Origin: an uncultured delta proteobacterium
GTDB lineage: Bacteria; Desulfobacterota; Binatia; Binatales; Binataceae
DNA: 64,000 nt
Direction of reading: 5' to 3'
NCBI GenBank assembly: GCA_963811865.1
Contig: CAWESZ010000001.1
Coordinates: 66,335-130,334 of the forward strand
The notes beneath the pieces are model-generated. The model did not search any database and had not been told where the DNA came from. It worked only from the letters and a program-made list of their open reading frames with translations. Shown here piece by piece: positions 30,815 to 40,963 of the stretch; within the stretch, counting starts at the first letter, position 1, and every line of letters starts with the position of its first letter. A program made the position numbers and the translations under genes.

Positions 30815-31315
30815 TTACTGCTCCCGCATCACGGCGGTGCCGGTGAGCGAGACCGTGTGGGGAAGTCCAGGATAGTTAATCAGGGTGGTGAAGGTCCCCG
30901 AGGTAACGACCTTGACGTAGACCCGTTTATCCGAGCACGAATTTGTGGTGCTGCACGAAAAAGATGCGCCCGTTGGGCATTGGCAGTACTCCGATGCGGT
31001 GGCCGACACTCCGCTGATTCCTGCCGCGTCGTTGGTGGCGGCGGTCTGCATGGCGGTCAGGTTGGCTGCGGTGGTCGCGTTCTGGGCGCCGTACTGCACG
31101 CCCGCCCGCGCCGCATTGTTGAGCGCGATCGACATGTAGAAGACCCGGCCGAGATCCGCGCTGCCGAGCAGCACGATCGCCAGGACCGGAGCTATCAGCG
31201 CCAGCTCGACCGCGAATTGGCCGCGACGCGAGGCCCAGCGCCGGATGCTGCGCACTCCGCTGTCCGGCGTTACGTCAGACCGCTGCGCGTCCTGGGCCCG
31301 GCCCTGCATAGTCAC
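30815..31315 (-). CDS. tadE: TadE-like pseudopilin
   Basis: RGQFAVELALIAPVL...DLGR...AARAGVQYG, C-x-C motif. Confidence 0.85.
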   Translation of the reverse strand: MTMQGRAQDAQRSDVTPDSGVRSIRRWASRRGQFAVELALIAPVLAIVLLGSADLGRVFYMSIALNNAARAGVQYGAQNATTAANLTAMQTAATNDAAGISGVSATASEYCQCPTGASFSCSTTNSCSDKRVYVKVVTSGTFTTLINYPGLPHTVSLTGTAVMREQ

Positions 31316-32595
31316 TCCCCGAGGCTTACCGGCGACAGCGGATTGGCGGCGGTTATGGGGCTGCCGTTGGCAAGCGAGGAATAGTTATTGCCGACCGTGG
31401 TGTTGCCCGTGAAATCAATAGTGTACGCGACCAGTATCGTGTAAGTGCTGGACGAGTTCCCGGTGTACTCGATCTCAGTGGTTGGAAAGTACAGCGTGCC
31501 CTCATATAGCGACGACGCATTGCCGGTCAGGTTGTTTGGATTGGCTGAAGCGGTGGCGCTCGAGATGGTCCGGTCCTGGAAGAACAGGATGCCGGCGTAG
31601 GTGCCCGAGGTCGGCGCAGAAAGCGTGGTCTGATTGTTGCCCGTTATGGTAACGCCCTTGTAAGTCGAGGAGGTCCCGGTCAGGTAGATCGTGACGCCGG
31701 AGCCTGTAATCGTGGAATTGCCGGTGACGTTGAGCCCCCCGCCGCTGATGATGTAGGTTCCGGGATTGAGGGTCAGATTGACGTTGCCCGTTAGCGTGAT
31801 GCCCCCGCAATAGGTGCCCTGGCTGATCGTCAGGTTCAGGTTGCCGGTCTGCGAGTAGTTCGTGTACGTGCAACTGCCGACGGTGGGCTCCGTCAGCGAC
31901 GCGAGGGGGTCGGTCACCGAGGACATTCCGGTGATCGGAGTCGGGCTGACGTTGATGTTGCCGGTGAAGCTATAGTTCCCGACGACGCCGATCTGGGTGC
32001 CCGATACCGTGATATTCCCGGTGGCCGAAAATGCGGAAGAGCTGCTGGAGTTGTCGAGTATCCCGCAACCCGTGCTGATGGTCTGATTGCCGACGATCTG
32101 GATCGCGCCTGAGGCCGTGGGGTTCAGAGCGTAGATGCAGGCCGGCTGGCCCGAGGGCGAGGCGATCGCACTGGCACTGACGGTCACGGTTGGGATTCCG
32201 ACGGCCTTCAGCAGGAAACTCGGCTGTTGCTGCGTGATAGTCACCTGGACTGCGTTGGAGGTGCTTGCAAAGGGACCGCTCGTGGGCGCCCCAATCGCCA
32301 CAGTCGTCGTTACGTTGCCGACCGTCCCGGCCGTGAAGCCGTTGGTCGTCGCGTCGGCTTGGGCCGCCGCTACTTCGTCGGAGGAGTTGCCCGACGACAG
32401 CTCTCGAGCGGCCGCCAGAGCCGCCGCGTCGGCCGCGGTCTGCATCTCGCGCTTGAGGTTTTCGAAATATCCGATGTCGATCACGAGCCCGGAGAATCCC
32501 ATGATGCTCGTCATCAACAGGGCGACCAGGACTATCGACTGGCCCGATCGGCCAGGGCGTCGAAACTTGATTCTGCTCGCGAAAGACATAGTCAT
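31312..32595 (-). CDS. tadG: TadG-like pilus-associated protein, copy 1
   Basis: Near-identical paralogue of 28777-30111; GQSIVLVAL, QTAADAAALAAA. Confidence 0.8.
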   Translation of the reverse strand: MTMSFASRIKFRRPGRSGQSIVLVALLMTSIMGFSGLVIDIGYFENLKREMQTAADAAALAAARELSSGNSSDEVAAAQADATTNGFTAGTVGNVTTTVAIGAPTSGPFASTSNAVQVTITQQQPSFLLKAVGIPTVTVSASAIASPSGQPACIYALNPTASGAIQIVGNQTISTGCGILDNSSSSSAFSATGNITVSGTQIGVVGNYSFTGNINVSPTPITGMSSVTDPLASLTEPTVGSCTYTNYSQTGNLNLTISQGTYCGGITLTGNVNLTLNPGTYIISGGGLNVTGNSTITGSGVTIYLTGTSSTYKGVTITGNNQTTLSAPTSGTYAGILFFQDRTISSATASANPNNLTGNASSLYEGTLYFPTTEIEYTGNSSSTYTILVAYTIDFTGNTTVGNNYSSLANGSPITAANPLSPVSLGE

Positions 32596-32752
32596 GCGAC
32601 TCGGGGGTGAGTGCGCGGCCGGTCGGAAGGCACCGCGGATCGCCGCAGTTTTACGACCCTGAACTCCACTTCAATGTCCATTTGTGCCGCCTCCCGAAAA
32701 TCGCCGCCCGGCGAGACCCCGGACGCTCTCCCCGGCCTCCATCCTGAAACAT

Positions 32753-32781
32753 AATGTAGGTTTTCCCTACGAATTAGTCAA
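32753..32781 (-). promoter_or_regulatory. Promoter TTGACT-N17-TACATT with palindrome GTAGG-N5-CCTAC
   Basis: Near-consensus -35 and -10 upstream of the tad operon; the palindrome overlaps the spacer and -10. Confidence 0.6.
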
Positions 32782-32879
32782 GAGAGCGCTCCGCCGATGC
32801 GGCGGCTGCGGGGCGTTCGGGTTGTGGCGATAGCGGGCTTTGGCCGCCGGCGTGCTTCAAACCTGGGCGGGGGCGGGGC

Positions 32880-33356
32880 TCACGCGCGATCCGGGCCGCG
32901 GCCCGTCGCGATGCCCAGGGCCCGGCTCAACAGATGATCGACGCTGGCCCATCCGGGGCCCGCCACCAGCAGCCAGACGAAGGCCAGCGCATAGAGGGGC
33001 TCGTCCAGCTCGACGAAGTCGTCGAGGCCGGCCACGCTCTTGAGCTTCACGGTAATGACGGCGACCGCCATGTTGATGATCATCGGGATCGAGACCAGGC
33101 GGGTTCCCAGGCCGGCGATGGTCAGCGCGCCGCCGATACATTCGGTGTAGGCGGAGAGCGCGGCGTTGAAGGCCGGATCCGGTATGCCCCACTGCGTGAA
33201 GCGGGCGGTGAAGGCGTCGAGGTTGTGGATTTTGGCCCATCCGGTCTCGAAGAAAAAATATCCGACGAACAGGCGGGTCAGCAGCAGCGCGAGCCAGTCG
33301 AGCGAGGAGACCCAGCGCCGCAGCGTGATGGCCAGATCGATCAGCCGGTTTGGCAT
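32880..33356 (-). CDS. DoxX family membrane protein
   Basis: LLTRLFVGYFFFETGWAK, ECIGGALTIAGLGTR, GPGWASVD. Confidence 0.9.
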   Translation of the reverse strand: MPNRLIDLAITLRRWVSSLDWLALLLTRLFVGYFFFETGWAKIHNLDAFTARFTQWGIPDPAFNAALSAYTECIGGALTIAGLGTRLVSIPMIINMAVAVITVKLKSVAGLDDFVELDEPLYALAFVWLLVAGPGWASVDHLLSRALGIATGRGPDRA

Positions 33357-33623
33357 TGTAAGCACCTCTTCTCGCAGTCGAGCCGCGTGCGGCCGGAGGC
33401 CGCTCAATTCGGACCGGCCGGACCGACATTCCGACCGATACGAAGAGTAGCATTTGCGCGCCGGCCACGCTGATTGGGCGAACCGGTCTGAGCAGCCTGC
33501 GGCGGCCGACCCTCCAATGCTGGACAAATTGCCGGGATCGTTGTACCCGCGATCAGTTGTGCTCATGATCGTGAGTGTCGGCAATCACTTTTGCTCGCCG
33601 CCATGGAGTTCGCCGCACGCGCT

Positions 33624-34550
33624 ATGAAATTCTCGCTCATCCTCGCGACCGTCGGCCGGACGGCTCAACCGGCCTGCTTCCTCGCCGCGCTGGATCGGCA
33701 GATCTATCGCGATTTCGAGCTGATCGTGGTCGATCAGAATCCGGATGATCGACTCGGTCCCATCCTCGAACCATACGCCGGCAAGTTGGAGGTGAGACGA
33801 CTCCGCTCGGCGCCCGGCATTTCGCGCGCGCGCAACGTTGGGCTTGCGGCGGCCAGCGGACAGGTGGTGGGATTCCCGGATGACGATTGCTGGTATCGCG
33901 CGGAATTGCTGGAAGACCTGAACGCAGTCTTCGCGGCGCGGGCGGAACTGGCAGTGGTGTGCGGCCGGATGGTGAATCCGGCCGGACTGCCATGGCGGAG
34001 GATGCCGTCCCGGAGTGCGAGCCTGAACCGGTACAATCTTTTCCGCCGCACGACCTCGGCGGCGATCTTCATCCGCCGGGCGATGTGCGAATCAGTCGGT
34101 CCCTTCGACGAGACGTTCGGCCTCGGCGCAGGCACACCCTGGACGGGCAGCGAGGAACAGGACTACCTGATCCGCGCGCTCAAGCTGGGCGCCGGCGCCG
34201 AGTATTGCACCGACATCGCAATCCATCACAAGGAACCGCTCGCGGCGACCGATCCGGCGACGCTGGCGCGCGAGTACTCCGCGTCGCGCGCGTTCGGACG
34301 GGTGCTCCGCAAGAACCACTATCCTCGCTGGTTCATCGCATATCTTCTGGGTCTCTCCGTTGCGGGTGCGTTGGTCTCCTTGGCGCGCGGCGATCGCGAG
34401 CGAATGCGGCGCTATCGGAGCGGCTTCGAAGCCAAACTGCGGGGATGGCGCGATCGCGGCAATCTCTCGGCGGACCCGTTTGATATGCTCGACGACACGC
34501 CTGATACGCCGGCGCCGGAGCATCGAACGACGCGTGATTCGGTCCCGTGA
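33624..34550 (+). CDS. GT2 family glycosyltransferase
   Basis: FSLILATVGR, ELIVVDQN, ARNVGL, FPDDDCWY, GPFDETFG, EEQDY. Confidence 0.9.
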   Translation: MKFSLILATVGRTAQPACFLAALDRQIYRDFELIVVDQNPDDRLGPILEPYAGKLEVRRLRSAPGISRARNVGLAAASGQVVGFPDDDCWYRAELLEDLNAVFAARAELAVVCGRMVNPAGLPWRRMPSRSASLNRYNLFRRTTSAAIFIRRAMCESVGPFDETFGLGAGTPWTGSEEQDYLIRALKLGAGAEYCTDIAIHHKEPLAATDPATLAREYSASRAFGRVLRKNHYPRWFIAYLLGLSVAGALVSLARGDRERMRRYRSGFEAKLRGWRDRGNLSADPFDMLDDTPDTPAPEHRTTRDSVP

Positions 34551-34826
34551 TGGTGCGCGTCTCGGTTATCATTCCAGTTTACAATGGAGCGGCGACGCCG
34601 GGCTCATTCTTGTCGACCCCGCCGGCGCCGCGCAGAGCTGCATCAGGTTGTTGCGATTGAGTCCGCTGCATCTTTTGGGTTGGCGCTATGCGCGAGCATT
34701 GTTCCGCCCGCGTGCCAGGAAGTTGCCGGCCAGAATTTTCCGGCCGGCGATCACGCCGCGCCGCGGCAAGATCACCGGCACGTGACGCGCGCGCTCGGAG
34801 TTTCCACTAGCCCGGGTTGCATCGAG

Positions 34827-36005
34827 ATGAAGCGCATTTTGATCGTCGGATCCAGGCTCGAACCGCCGGGCGGAGGGGAAGGCCTGCTGGCGTGGATCAT
34901 CGAGGCGCTAAAGCACGACTATCGGCTGAGCGTGTTGACGTGGACTCCAGCCGATCTCGAGGGATTGAACCGGTTTTTTGGGACCGAGCTTTGCGCTTCG
35001 GACGCCGAATTCATGATTATGAACCCGCTGATCCAGGCCATCGCGCAGAAATCGCCGACCACGATGGCTCGGCTCAAGGATCATTATCTAGGCAAGCGCA
35101 GCCGCCGGATCGCAGACCGGTTCGATGCCGTTCTAACCGGCGACAACGAGGGTGACGTCGGCTCACACGGTATCCAATACATCCACTTTCCAAGAATCCT
35201 ACGGAACGGGGCCGCACCTGAGGGTCACTGGTGGTCGGCGCCCGCGATCCGGGCGTATACCGCGATGAGCGACCGCCTGACCGGGGTCTCGTGGGAACGG
35301 ATGCGCAGGAACCTCACGCTGGTGAACTCGGACTTCACGGGACGAAGGGTCCGGGAATTGCACGGCATCGAGACCCTAACGGTATATCCGCCGGCGATCG
35401 GCGAATTTGCGGAGGTGCCTTGGGAGCGGCGCAAGGATGGATTCGTTTGCATCGGGCGCATCGTACCCTACAAGCGGGTCGAGCTGATGATCGAGATTCT
35501 GTCCGCGGTCCGGGCGGGCGGGCCACAAGTGCATCTCCACGTGGTCGGAAAGGCAGAATGGCCCGGCTACGTCGCCTCGATCCGCCGCCTGGTTCAGGCC
35601 AACGCGTCCTGGGTCCATCTGCACGAAGAAATATCGCGCCCGGAGCTTGTCGAGTTGATTGCGAGTCATCGCTACGGCATCCACGCGATGCTTGACGAGC
35701 CCTTCGGCATGGCGGTCGCCGACCTCGTCAGCGCCGGATGCATCACCTTCGTTCCGAACCGCGGCGGGCAGGTCGAGATTGTCGCCAACGACGAGCGTCT
35801 GATTTACTCCTCGCGCGAGGACGCGGTGAACAAGATTCTGCAAGCGATTCGCGAACCGGACTATCAGGCGAGCCTGCGCAATCATATCGCGTCGCGCCGC
35901 AGCTTGTTCGGGGCCGAGCGGTTCGTGAGCCGGATTCGCGAAGTGGTCGGCGACTATCTCCGCGAGCGGCCGGCGGGGGGCGCGGCCCGGGTTGAGTCGA
36001 GATGA
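34827..36005 (+). CDS. GT4 glycosyltransferase, ALG11-like (copy 1)
   Basis: GGGE, QYIHFP, VNSDFT, VYPP, IGRIVPYK, YGIHAMLDEPFGMAVAD...NRGG. Confidence 0.85.
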   Translation: MKRILIVGSRLEPPGGGEGLLAWIIEALKHDYRLSVLTWTPADLEGLNRFFGTELCASDAEFMIMNPLIQAIAQKSPTTMARLKDHYLGKRSRRIADRFDAVLTGDNEGDVGSHGIQYIHFPRILRNGAAPEGHWWSAPAIRAYTAMSDRLTGVSWERMRRNLTLVNSDFTGRRVRELHGIETLTVYPPAIGEFAEVPWERRKDGFVCIGRIVPYKRVELMIEILSAVRAGGPQVHLHVVGKAEWPGYVASIRRLVQANASWVHLHEEISRPELVELIASHRYGIHAMLDEPFGMAVADLVSAGCITFVPNRGGQVEIVANDERLIYSSREDAVNKILQAIREPDYQASLRNHIASRRSLFGAERFVSRIREVVGDYLRERPAGGAARVESR

Positions 36006-37201
36006 AGCGAATTCTGTTCGTCCAGCTCAGGATTGACTCGGTGGGCGGTGCCGAAGGTCTCGCCGCCTGGATTCTCGAGGCCCTCAAGCCCGACTATCGT
36101 CTCACCCTGCTCACTTGGGAGCCGGTGGATTTCGCGGCCCTGAACCGGTTTTTCGGGACCGAGCTTCGACCCTCGGAAGTCGAAGCCACGACCGTCAAGC
36201 CCTGGATAGTGCGGCTGGCGAAGATGCTCCCAACGCCGATGGTCAGGCTCCGATATCTCTATTTGTTTATGCTGGCACGGCGCCAGGCCGAGCGCTTCGA
36301 CGCGGTGATTACGGCCGCTAACGAAGCTGATCTCGGGCCGCGCGGAATTCAGTACGTCCACTTCCCGGAAATGTTGTCGAAAGAAACTGAAGCGCTCCGC
36401 TGGTACCACTCCTCGGCCGCCGTGCGCGCATATGAGGCGATCGGTGAACGCCTGACCGGGTTCTCGATCGACCGGATGAGGCGCAGTCTCACGCTGGCCA
36501 ACTCGGAGTTCACCGCGCGCGCGGTTCGCGAGGCGTTCGGGATCGAGCCACTCGTGGTCTATCCGCCGGCGGTCGGCAAGTTTGCGGACGTTCCCTGGGA
36601 TCAGCGCAAGGACGGCTTCGTATGCATCGGGCGGATCTCCGGTGAGAAACGGATCCAACTCATGATCGAGATTCTCGCCGCGGTGCGGCGGGCCGGGCCG
36701 CAGGTGCATCTCCACGTGGTCGGCAAGCTATTCGACGCCGGCTACCTGGACTCGATCCGGCGCCTGGTTCAGGCCAGCGCGCCTTGGGTCCATCTGCACG
36801 AGAACCTATCGCGCCCCGAGCTCGCCGAGTTGATTTCGCGTCACCGCTACGGGATCCACGCGATGCTTGACGAACCCTTCGGCATGGCGGTCGCCGAGCT
36901 GATCAGTGGCGGCTGCATCACGTTCGTTCCGAACCGGGGCGGGCAGGTCGAGATCGTGGGCAACGACGAGCGTCTGATTTATTCTTCGCGGGAGGACGCA
37001 GTGAACAAGATTCTGCGGGCGCTGCGCGAACCGGACTATCAGGCGAGCCTGCGCAATCATGTCGCGTCGCGGCGCAGCTTGTTCGGGGCCGAGCGGTTCG
37101 CAAACCGGATTCGGGAGGTGGTCGGCGATTATTTTCGGCGCCGTTCGGCGCCGGACGCGAGCGTCTCGGCGCAGCACTCGGCCGCCGCACCGGAACGATG
37201 A
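36002..37201 (+). CDS. GT4 glycosyltransferase, ALG11-like (copy 2)
   Basis: GGAE, QYVHFP, ANSEFT, VYPP, IGRISGEK, YGIHAMLDEPFGMAVAE (EX7E). Confidence 0.85.
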   Translation: MKRILFVQLRIDSVGGAEGLAAWILEALKPDYRLTLLTWEPVDFAALNRFFGTELRPSEVEATTVKPWIVRLAKMLPTPMVRLRYLYLFMLARRQAERFDAVITAANEADLGPRGIQYVHFPEMLSKETEALRWYHSSAAVRAYEAIGERLTGFSIDRMRRSLTLANSEFTARAVREAFGIEPLVVYPPAVGKFADVPWDQRKDGFVCIGRISGEKRIQLMIEILAAVRRAGPQVHLHVVGKLFDAGYLDSIRRLVQASAPWVHLHENLSRPELAELISRHRYGIHAMLDEPFGMAVAELISGGCITFVPNRGGQVEIVGNDERLIYSSREDAVNKILRALREPDYQASLRNHVASRRSLFGAERFANRIREVVGDYFRRRSAPDASVSAQHSAAAPER

Positions 37202-38404
37202 AACGCATTCTATTCGTTCAACCGACGCTGAGCCCGCCGGGTGGCGGCAATGGGCTCGCAGCCTGGATGATGGAGGCGCTGAAGCACGAATATCGCATGT
37301 CGATGCTCGCGTGGAGCCCTACCGATCTGGCTGCCGTCAATCGGTTTTTCGGTACCGACCTCCACCCCGCCGATTTTGAGCTTCACCTCATAGAACCCTG
37401 GATAGTGCGTCTGGCGGAGATGTCGCCGACCCCGATGAATCTGCTCAAGGACCACTATCTTTCCCAGCGGTGCCGTCGAATCGTCGACGCGTTCGAGGCC
37501 GCGATCGGCGCCAATAATGAAGCCGACCTCGGCCCTTGCGGCGTTCAGTACGTACACTTCCCGAAGTTTCTCATCGACCGTCCCGACATCGACTTGCGCT
37601 GGTGGCACCGCGTCACCGCTTTGGCAGTCCCGATGTACCACCGACTGAGTGAGCGTCTGACCGGATTCTCCGCCGCCCGGATGCGGCGAAACCTCACTTT
37701 GGTAAATTCGGACTTCACCGGACGGCGTTTCCGTGCGGTGCACGGCATCGAGGCAGTCACTCTGTATCCGCCGGCGGTCGGCCTATTTCGGGACGTGCCA
37801 TGGGAAGAGCGTAAGGACGGGTTCGTTTGTATCGGCCGATTTTCCGGGGAAAAACGGATCGAGCTGATGATCGATATTGTATCGGCGGTGCGTCAGGCCG
37901 GGCCGAAAGTTCATCTGCACGTAGTGGGCAGCCGGGACTGGGACCTCGAGTACTTCGAGAAGATTCGCGCTCTGGCCAAGGCCAACGCGTCATGGGTCTC
38001 TATCCACGAGAACCTTCCACGACCGGAGACTCCTTGACCTGATTGCCACTCACCGCTTCGGCATCCATGGGATGCACGAAGAACCCTTCGGCATGGCCGT
38101 AGCCGACCTCGTAAGTGCCGGTTGCATCACCTTCGTCCCCAACAGCGGGGGGCAGGTGGAGATCGTGGCCGACGAGCGGCTGGTATATTCGTCGCTTCCG
38201 GAAGCGGTGGACAAAATCGTCAGAGCGATTCGCGATCCGGAGTATCAGATGAGCCTGCGCAGCCACGTCGGAACCCGCAAGAGTCTGTTTCGTTCAGAAA
38301 AGTTTGCGGCGCGCCTGCGGAGCATAGTCGAAGATTTTCTCGGCCAGCGGACGGGGGGCGCGTCCAGGCGGCACTTAGACGCTGCGCCGGGCGCTGGAGA
38401 GTGA
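37198..38404 (+). CDS. GT4 glycosyltransferase, ALG11-like (copy 3; frameshift near 38030)
   Basis: ORFs 37198-38037 and 38072-38404 join through RPE/LLDLIATHRFGIHGMHEEPFGMAVAD...NSGG. Confidence 0.82.
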
Positions 38405-38464
38405 GACTAGCGCTTGCCGTGCCGGGCTGAAGATCGTATTTCCAGCTTGAAACGGACCTGACAC

Positions 38465-39343
38465 ATGAACGCTCGAAGGTATCTCCGGCGCCTCTATACG
38501 CGCCTGCCAGTCGTGCGCGAAATCAGGCAGATTCGAGATGCCGTGCTCGAGATGCGCCGCGATATGCGCAAAGTAGCCAGCAAGGAATTGGTCGAATTGC
38601 TTCAGTTTTCGATTCTGCATGAGCCACGTTATGCCGACCCCAAGCGATTGTTACGCTTTGCCCATCAGACCTACTCACAAAACGGGGAAGACGGCATGAT
38701 TGCCGAGGTTTGCAGGCGTATCGGCACGCCATCCATGAAGTTCCTCGAAATTGGGGTGGGCAATGGGCTCGAGAACAACACCTTAGCATTGCTGATGAAG
38801 GGCTGGCAGGGTTGGTGGGTCGACATCGATCACCGCGGGATGGCTGCGATCGCTTCGACCTTCCGCCGTCAAATCGCCAGTGGGCAGCTAACCACCCTTA
38901 CGGCCACGGTTACGGCAGAAAATATAGAATCGCTGCTCGGCGGCCTGGGTGTTCCCAAGGAATTTGACGTTCTGTCCCTGGACATCGATCGGAATACTTA
39001 CTGGGTATGGGCCGCAATGGCCAGCTATAAGCCGCGGCTTGCGGTCATCGAATATAACGCATCGTTCCTTCCAGACGTTGACTGGAAGATCGGCTATCGG
39101 GCCGATCGAGGCTGGAACGGGACCTCGGATTTTGGCGCAAGTCTGAAAGCCCTGGAACTGCTTGGCCGCCAACTGGGATATTCTTTGGTTGGGTGTGATT
39201 TCCTGGGAGTGAATGCTTGTTTTGTCAGGACAGATCTTTGCGGCGATAAGTTTGCCGAACCCTTTACTGCCGAAAATCACTACGAGCCGCCTCGGTATGG
39301 CCTGACCTCGCGACAAGGGCACCCAGCTGGATTTGAGTCCTAG
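38465..39343 (+). CDS. FkbM-like methyltransferase-fold protein of glycan loci
   Basis: YSQNGEDG, FLEIGVG, DVLSLDID..YWVW, PRLAVIEYN, GASLKAL, GYSLVGCD. Confidence 0.7.
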   Translation: MNARRYLRRLYTRLPVVREIRQIRDAVLEMRRDMRKVASKELVELLQFSILHEPRYADPKRLLRFAHQTYSQNGEDGMIAEVCRRIGTPSMKFLEIGVGNGLENNTLALLMKGWQGWWVDIDHRGMAAIASTFRRQIASGQLTTLTATVTAENIESLLGGLGVPKEFDVLSLDIDRNTYWVWAAMASYKPRLAVIEYNASFLPDVDWKIGYRADRGWNGTSDFGASLKALELLGRQLGYSLVGCDFLGVNACFVRTDLCGDKFAEPFTAENHYEPPRYGLTSRQGHPAGFES

Positions 39344-39520
39344 CAGGCTCTTGAAAAAGGATTTTCACGGCCTGTTCCTTCACTGTTATCTTTCCCAGAG
39401 GGAGAGAAGATTAAGCAAGGAAGCCCGATCCTTCGACAGCTCAGGACAAGGTTTCATGCAGGGTCTTGAGAGCGTGCATTCTTCCAGCTCATTTGGTCTT
39501 ACTTTCTCAACACCCTGCTA
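39341..39520. mobile_element. MITE-like element (about 180 bp) with IS5/IS1182-style terminal inverted repeats
   Basis: Left end TAGCAGGCTCTTGAAAAA; right end reverse complement TAGCAGGGTGTTGAGAAA; CTAG/CTAA flanks; no transposase; internal TCCTTCGACAGCTCAGGAC motif. Confidence 0.65.
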
Positions 39521-39565
39521 AGGTATGATGCCCCGTAAATGATCATGGACCGGCGAGTTTATCCG

Positions 39566-40915
39566 CTAGGGTTCGGGAGGGCCAGAAGGAGACCTCGCGC
39601 CGGCTTCCGCCACGCGGCGCCAGAGGCAGCCGAGGGCCTGGCCGAACCGCTGCGCCGCGTGGCCCAGCCGCCCCGCTCGCAGCTCGTCCATGCCGCGCCC
39701 GAACTGCTGCCGCGCGTCCAGCGGGCGTTGCACCTCGGAGAGCAGGCGCGCTCGTAGCGCGACGTCGTCGGGTGCGGTCACCAGTTGAACCATCAGGCGC
39801 CCCCACGGGTCGAAGCCCCGCTCGAAGTCCAGGAAGACGAGGCCCCGCCGGGTCCGCACGACCTGCAGGTCGCACACGACACGAAGCGGCAGGCCCGCGA
39901 GCGGTCCGTCGCGCAGGCAAAGGTCGCCGATGCGCCGGATCTCCAGGCACTCGCGGCCCGTGAAGTGCTTCCGCCGCCAGTAAAAATGCACCACCGGGCC
40001 GGCGAAGAGCTCGGGATCGTAAGGATAGACGAAGCCATGCTCGGGCGAGACTTCCAGCCACGTGGAGGCCGCGAACGGCTGCGTGCGCACGAACCGCTGT
40101 ACCTCCTCCTCCACGCGGAGCACGTCCGGGTGCGCCCGCGGTCCGCGGTACGCCTTGGCCCAGAACCGCTCTTCCGTCTCCTCGCGCTGCAGCAGGTGGA
40201 ACACCACTTCGGGACAGAGGTCGCCGATGCCGGCGCCAAAGGGGATTGGCTGGTCGTCCTCGCCCTGCACCTCGATCAGCCGCTTGTCCTCGGGGTTGGT
40301 GGCGACCGTGCGGCGGTATGTCGCCAGCGGCCGATAGCGGTAGGCCGGCTCGAGCGGACCCACCAGCTTGAAAAGGGTCCGCCGGCCGCCTTGGTACGGA
40401 TACGTGGCGAGGACGCGCCGCCAGCGCGCCGCGGAGAAAAGCTCGTTCCACATCGCGTGATCGCTGGGCCAGAGCTGGCCCATCAGGTGGCGCCACGGCC
40501 AGAGGTCGGGCTCCGTGAGCGAGCCCATGTCCACCATCACCACCGGCGCCCGGGCCAGAAGCTGCGCGACCAGTCGCTGCACGAACCCGGCTCCGCGCAC
40601 GAGCAAGTGGTGCGCGACGTTCAGCAGCAGCACCGCGTCGGTCGCGGGCAGCGCCGCCGGATCCAGGGTCAAGAGGTCCGCGCAGCGCAGTTCCAGCCCC
40701 GGGTGACCGGCGGCAGATGGCGGATGCCGGTCGTAGCCGATGGCGTGCGCGGCGTGGCCGCTCTCCAGCAGCGCCAGCGAGATGCGCGCATCGTTACAGC
40801 CCAAGTCGAGGACGCGAGAGCCGCGGGGAAGGACTTGCCGGATCGCGCCGAGTCGGGCCGCGAGCGCCTGCGTGGCGCTGGGAAGCCCGTAGTAATCCTG
40901 CGGGAACTGGTCCAT
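39566..40915 (-). CDS. Methyltransferase plus kinase-like fusion protein (WbdD-like architecture), copy A
   Basis: N-terminal RVLDLGCN..., LLLNVAHH; C-terminal FWAK, DLQVV...GLVFLDFE; helical tail. Confidence 0.6.
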   Translation of the reverse strand: MDQFPQDYYGLPSATQALAARLGAIRQVLPRGSRVLDLGCNDARISLALLESGHAAHAIGYDRHPPSAAGHPGLELRCADLLTLDPAALPATDAVLLLNVAHHLLVRGAGFVQRLVAQLLARAPVVMVDMGSLTEPDLWPWRHLMGQLWPSDHAMWNELFSAARWRRVLATYPYQGGRRTLFKLVGPLEPAYRYRPLATYRRTVATNPEDKRLIEVQGEDDQPIPFGAGIGDLCPEVVFHLLQREETEERFWAKAYRGPRAHPDVLRVEEEVQRFVRTQPFAASTWLEVSPEHGFVYPYDPELFAGPVVHFYWRRKHFTGRECLEIRRIGDLCLRDGPLAGLPLRVVCDLQVVRTRRGLVFLDFERGFDPWGRLMVQLVTAPDDVALRARLLSEVQRPLDARQQFGRGMDELRAGRLGHAAQRFGQALGCLWRRVAEAGARSPSGPPEP

Positions 40916-40920
40916 GGGAC

Positions 40921-40963
40921 CGGTCAGGAATTTCGTGTTTGAGCCAATGGTTGGTCGGTCAAT
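40921..40963 (-). promoter_or_regulatory. Conserved upstream element with TTGAC -35 and imperfect palindrome (partner 42525-42567)
   Basis: cggtcaggaatttYgtgYttgagccaRtggttgRtcRgtcaat is retained before both paralogues. Confidence 0.5.
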
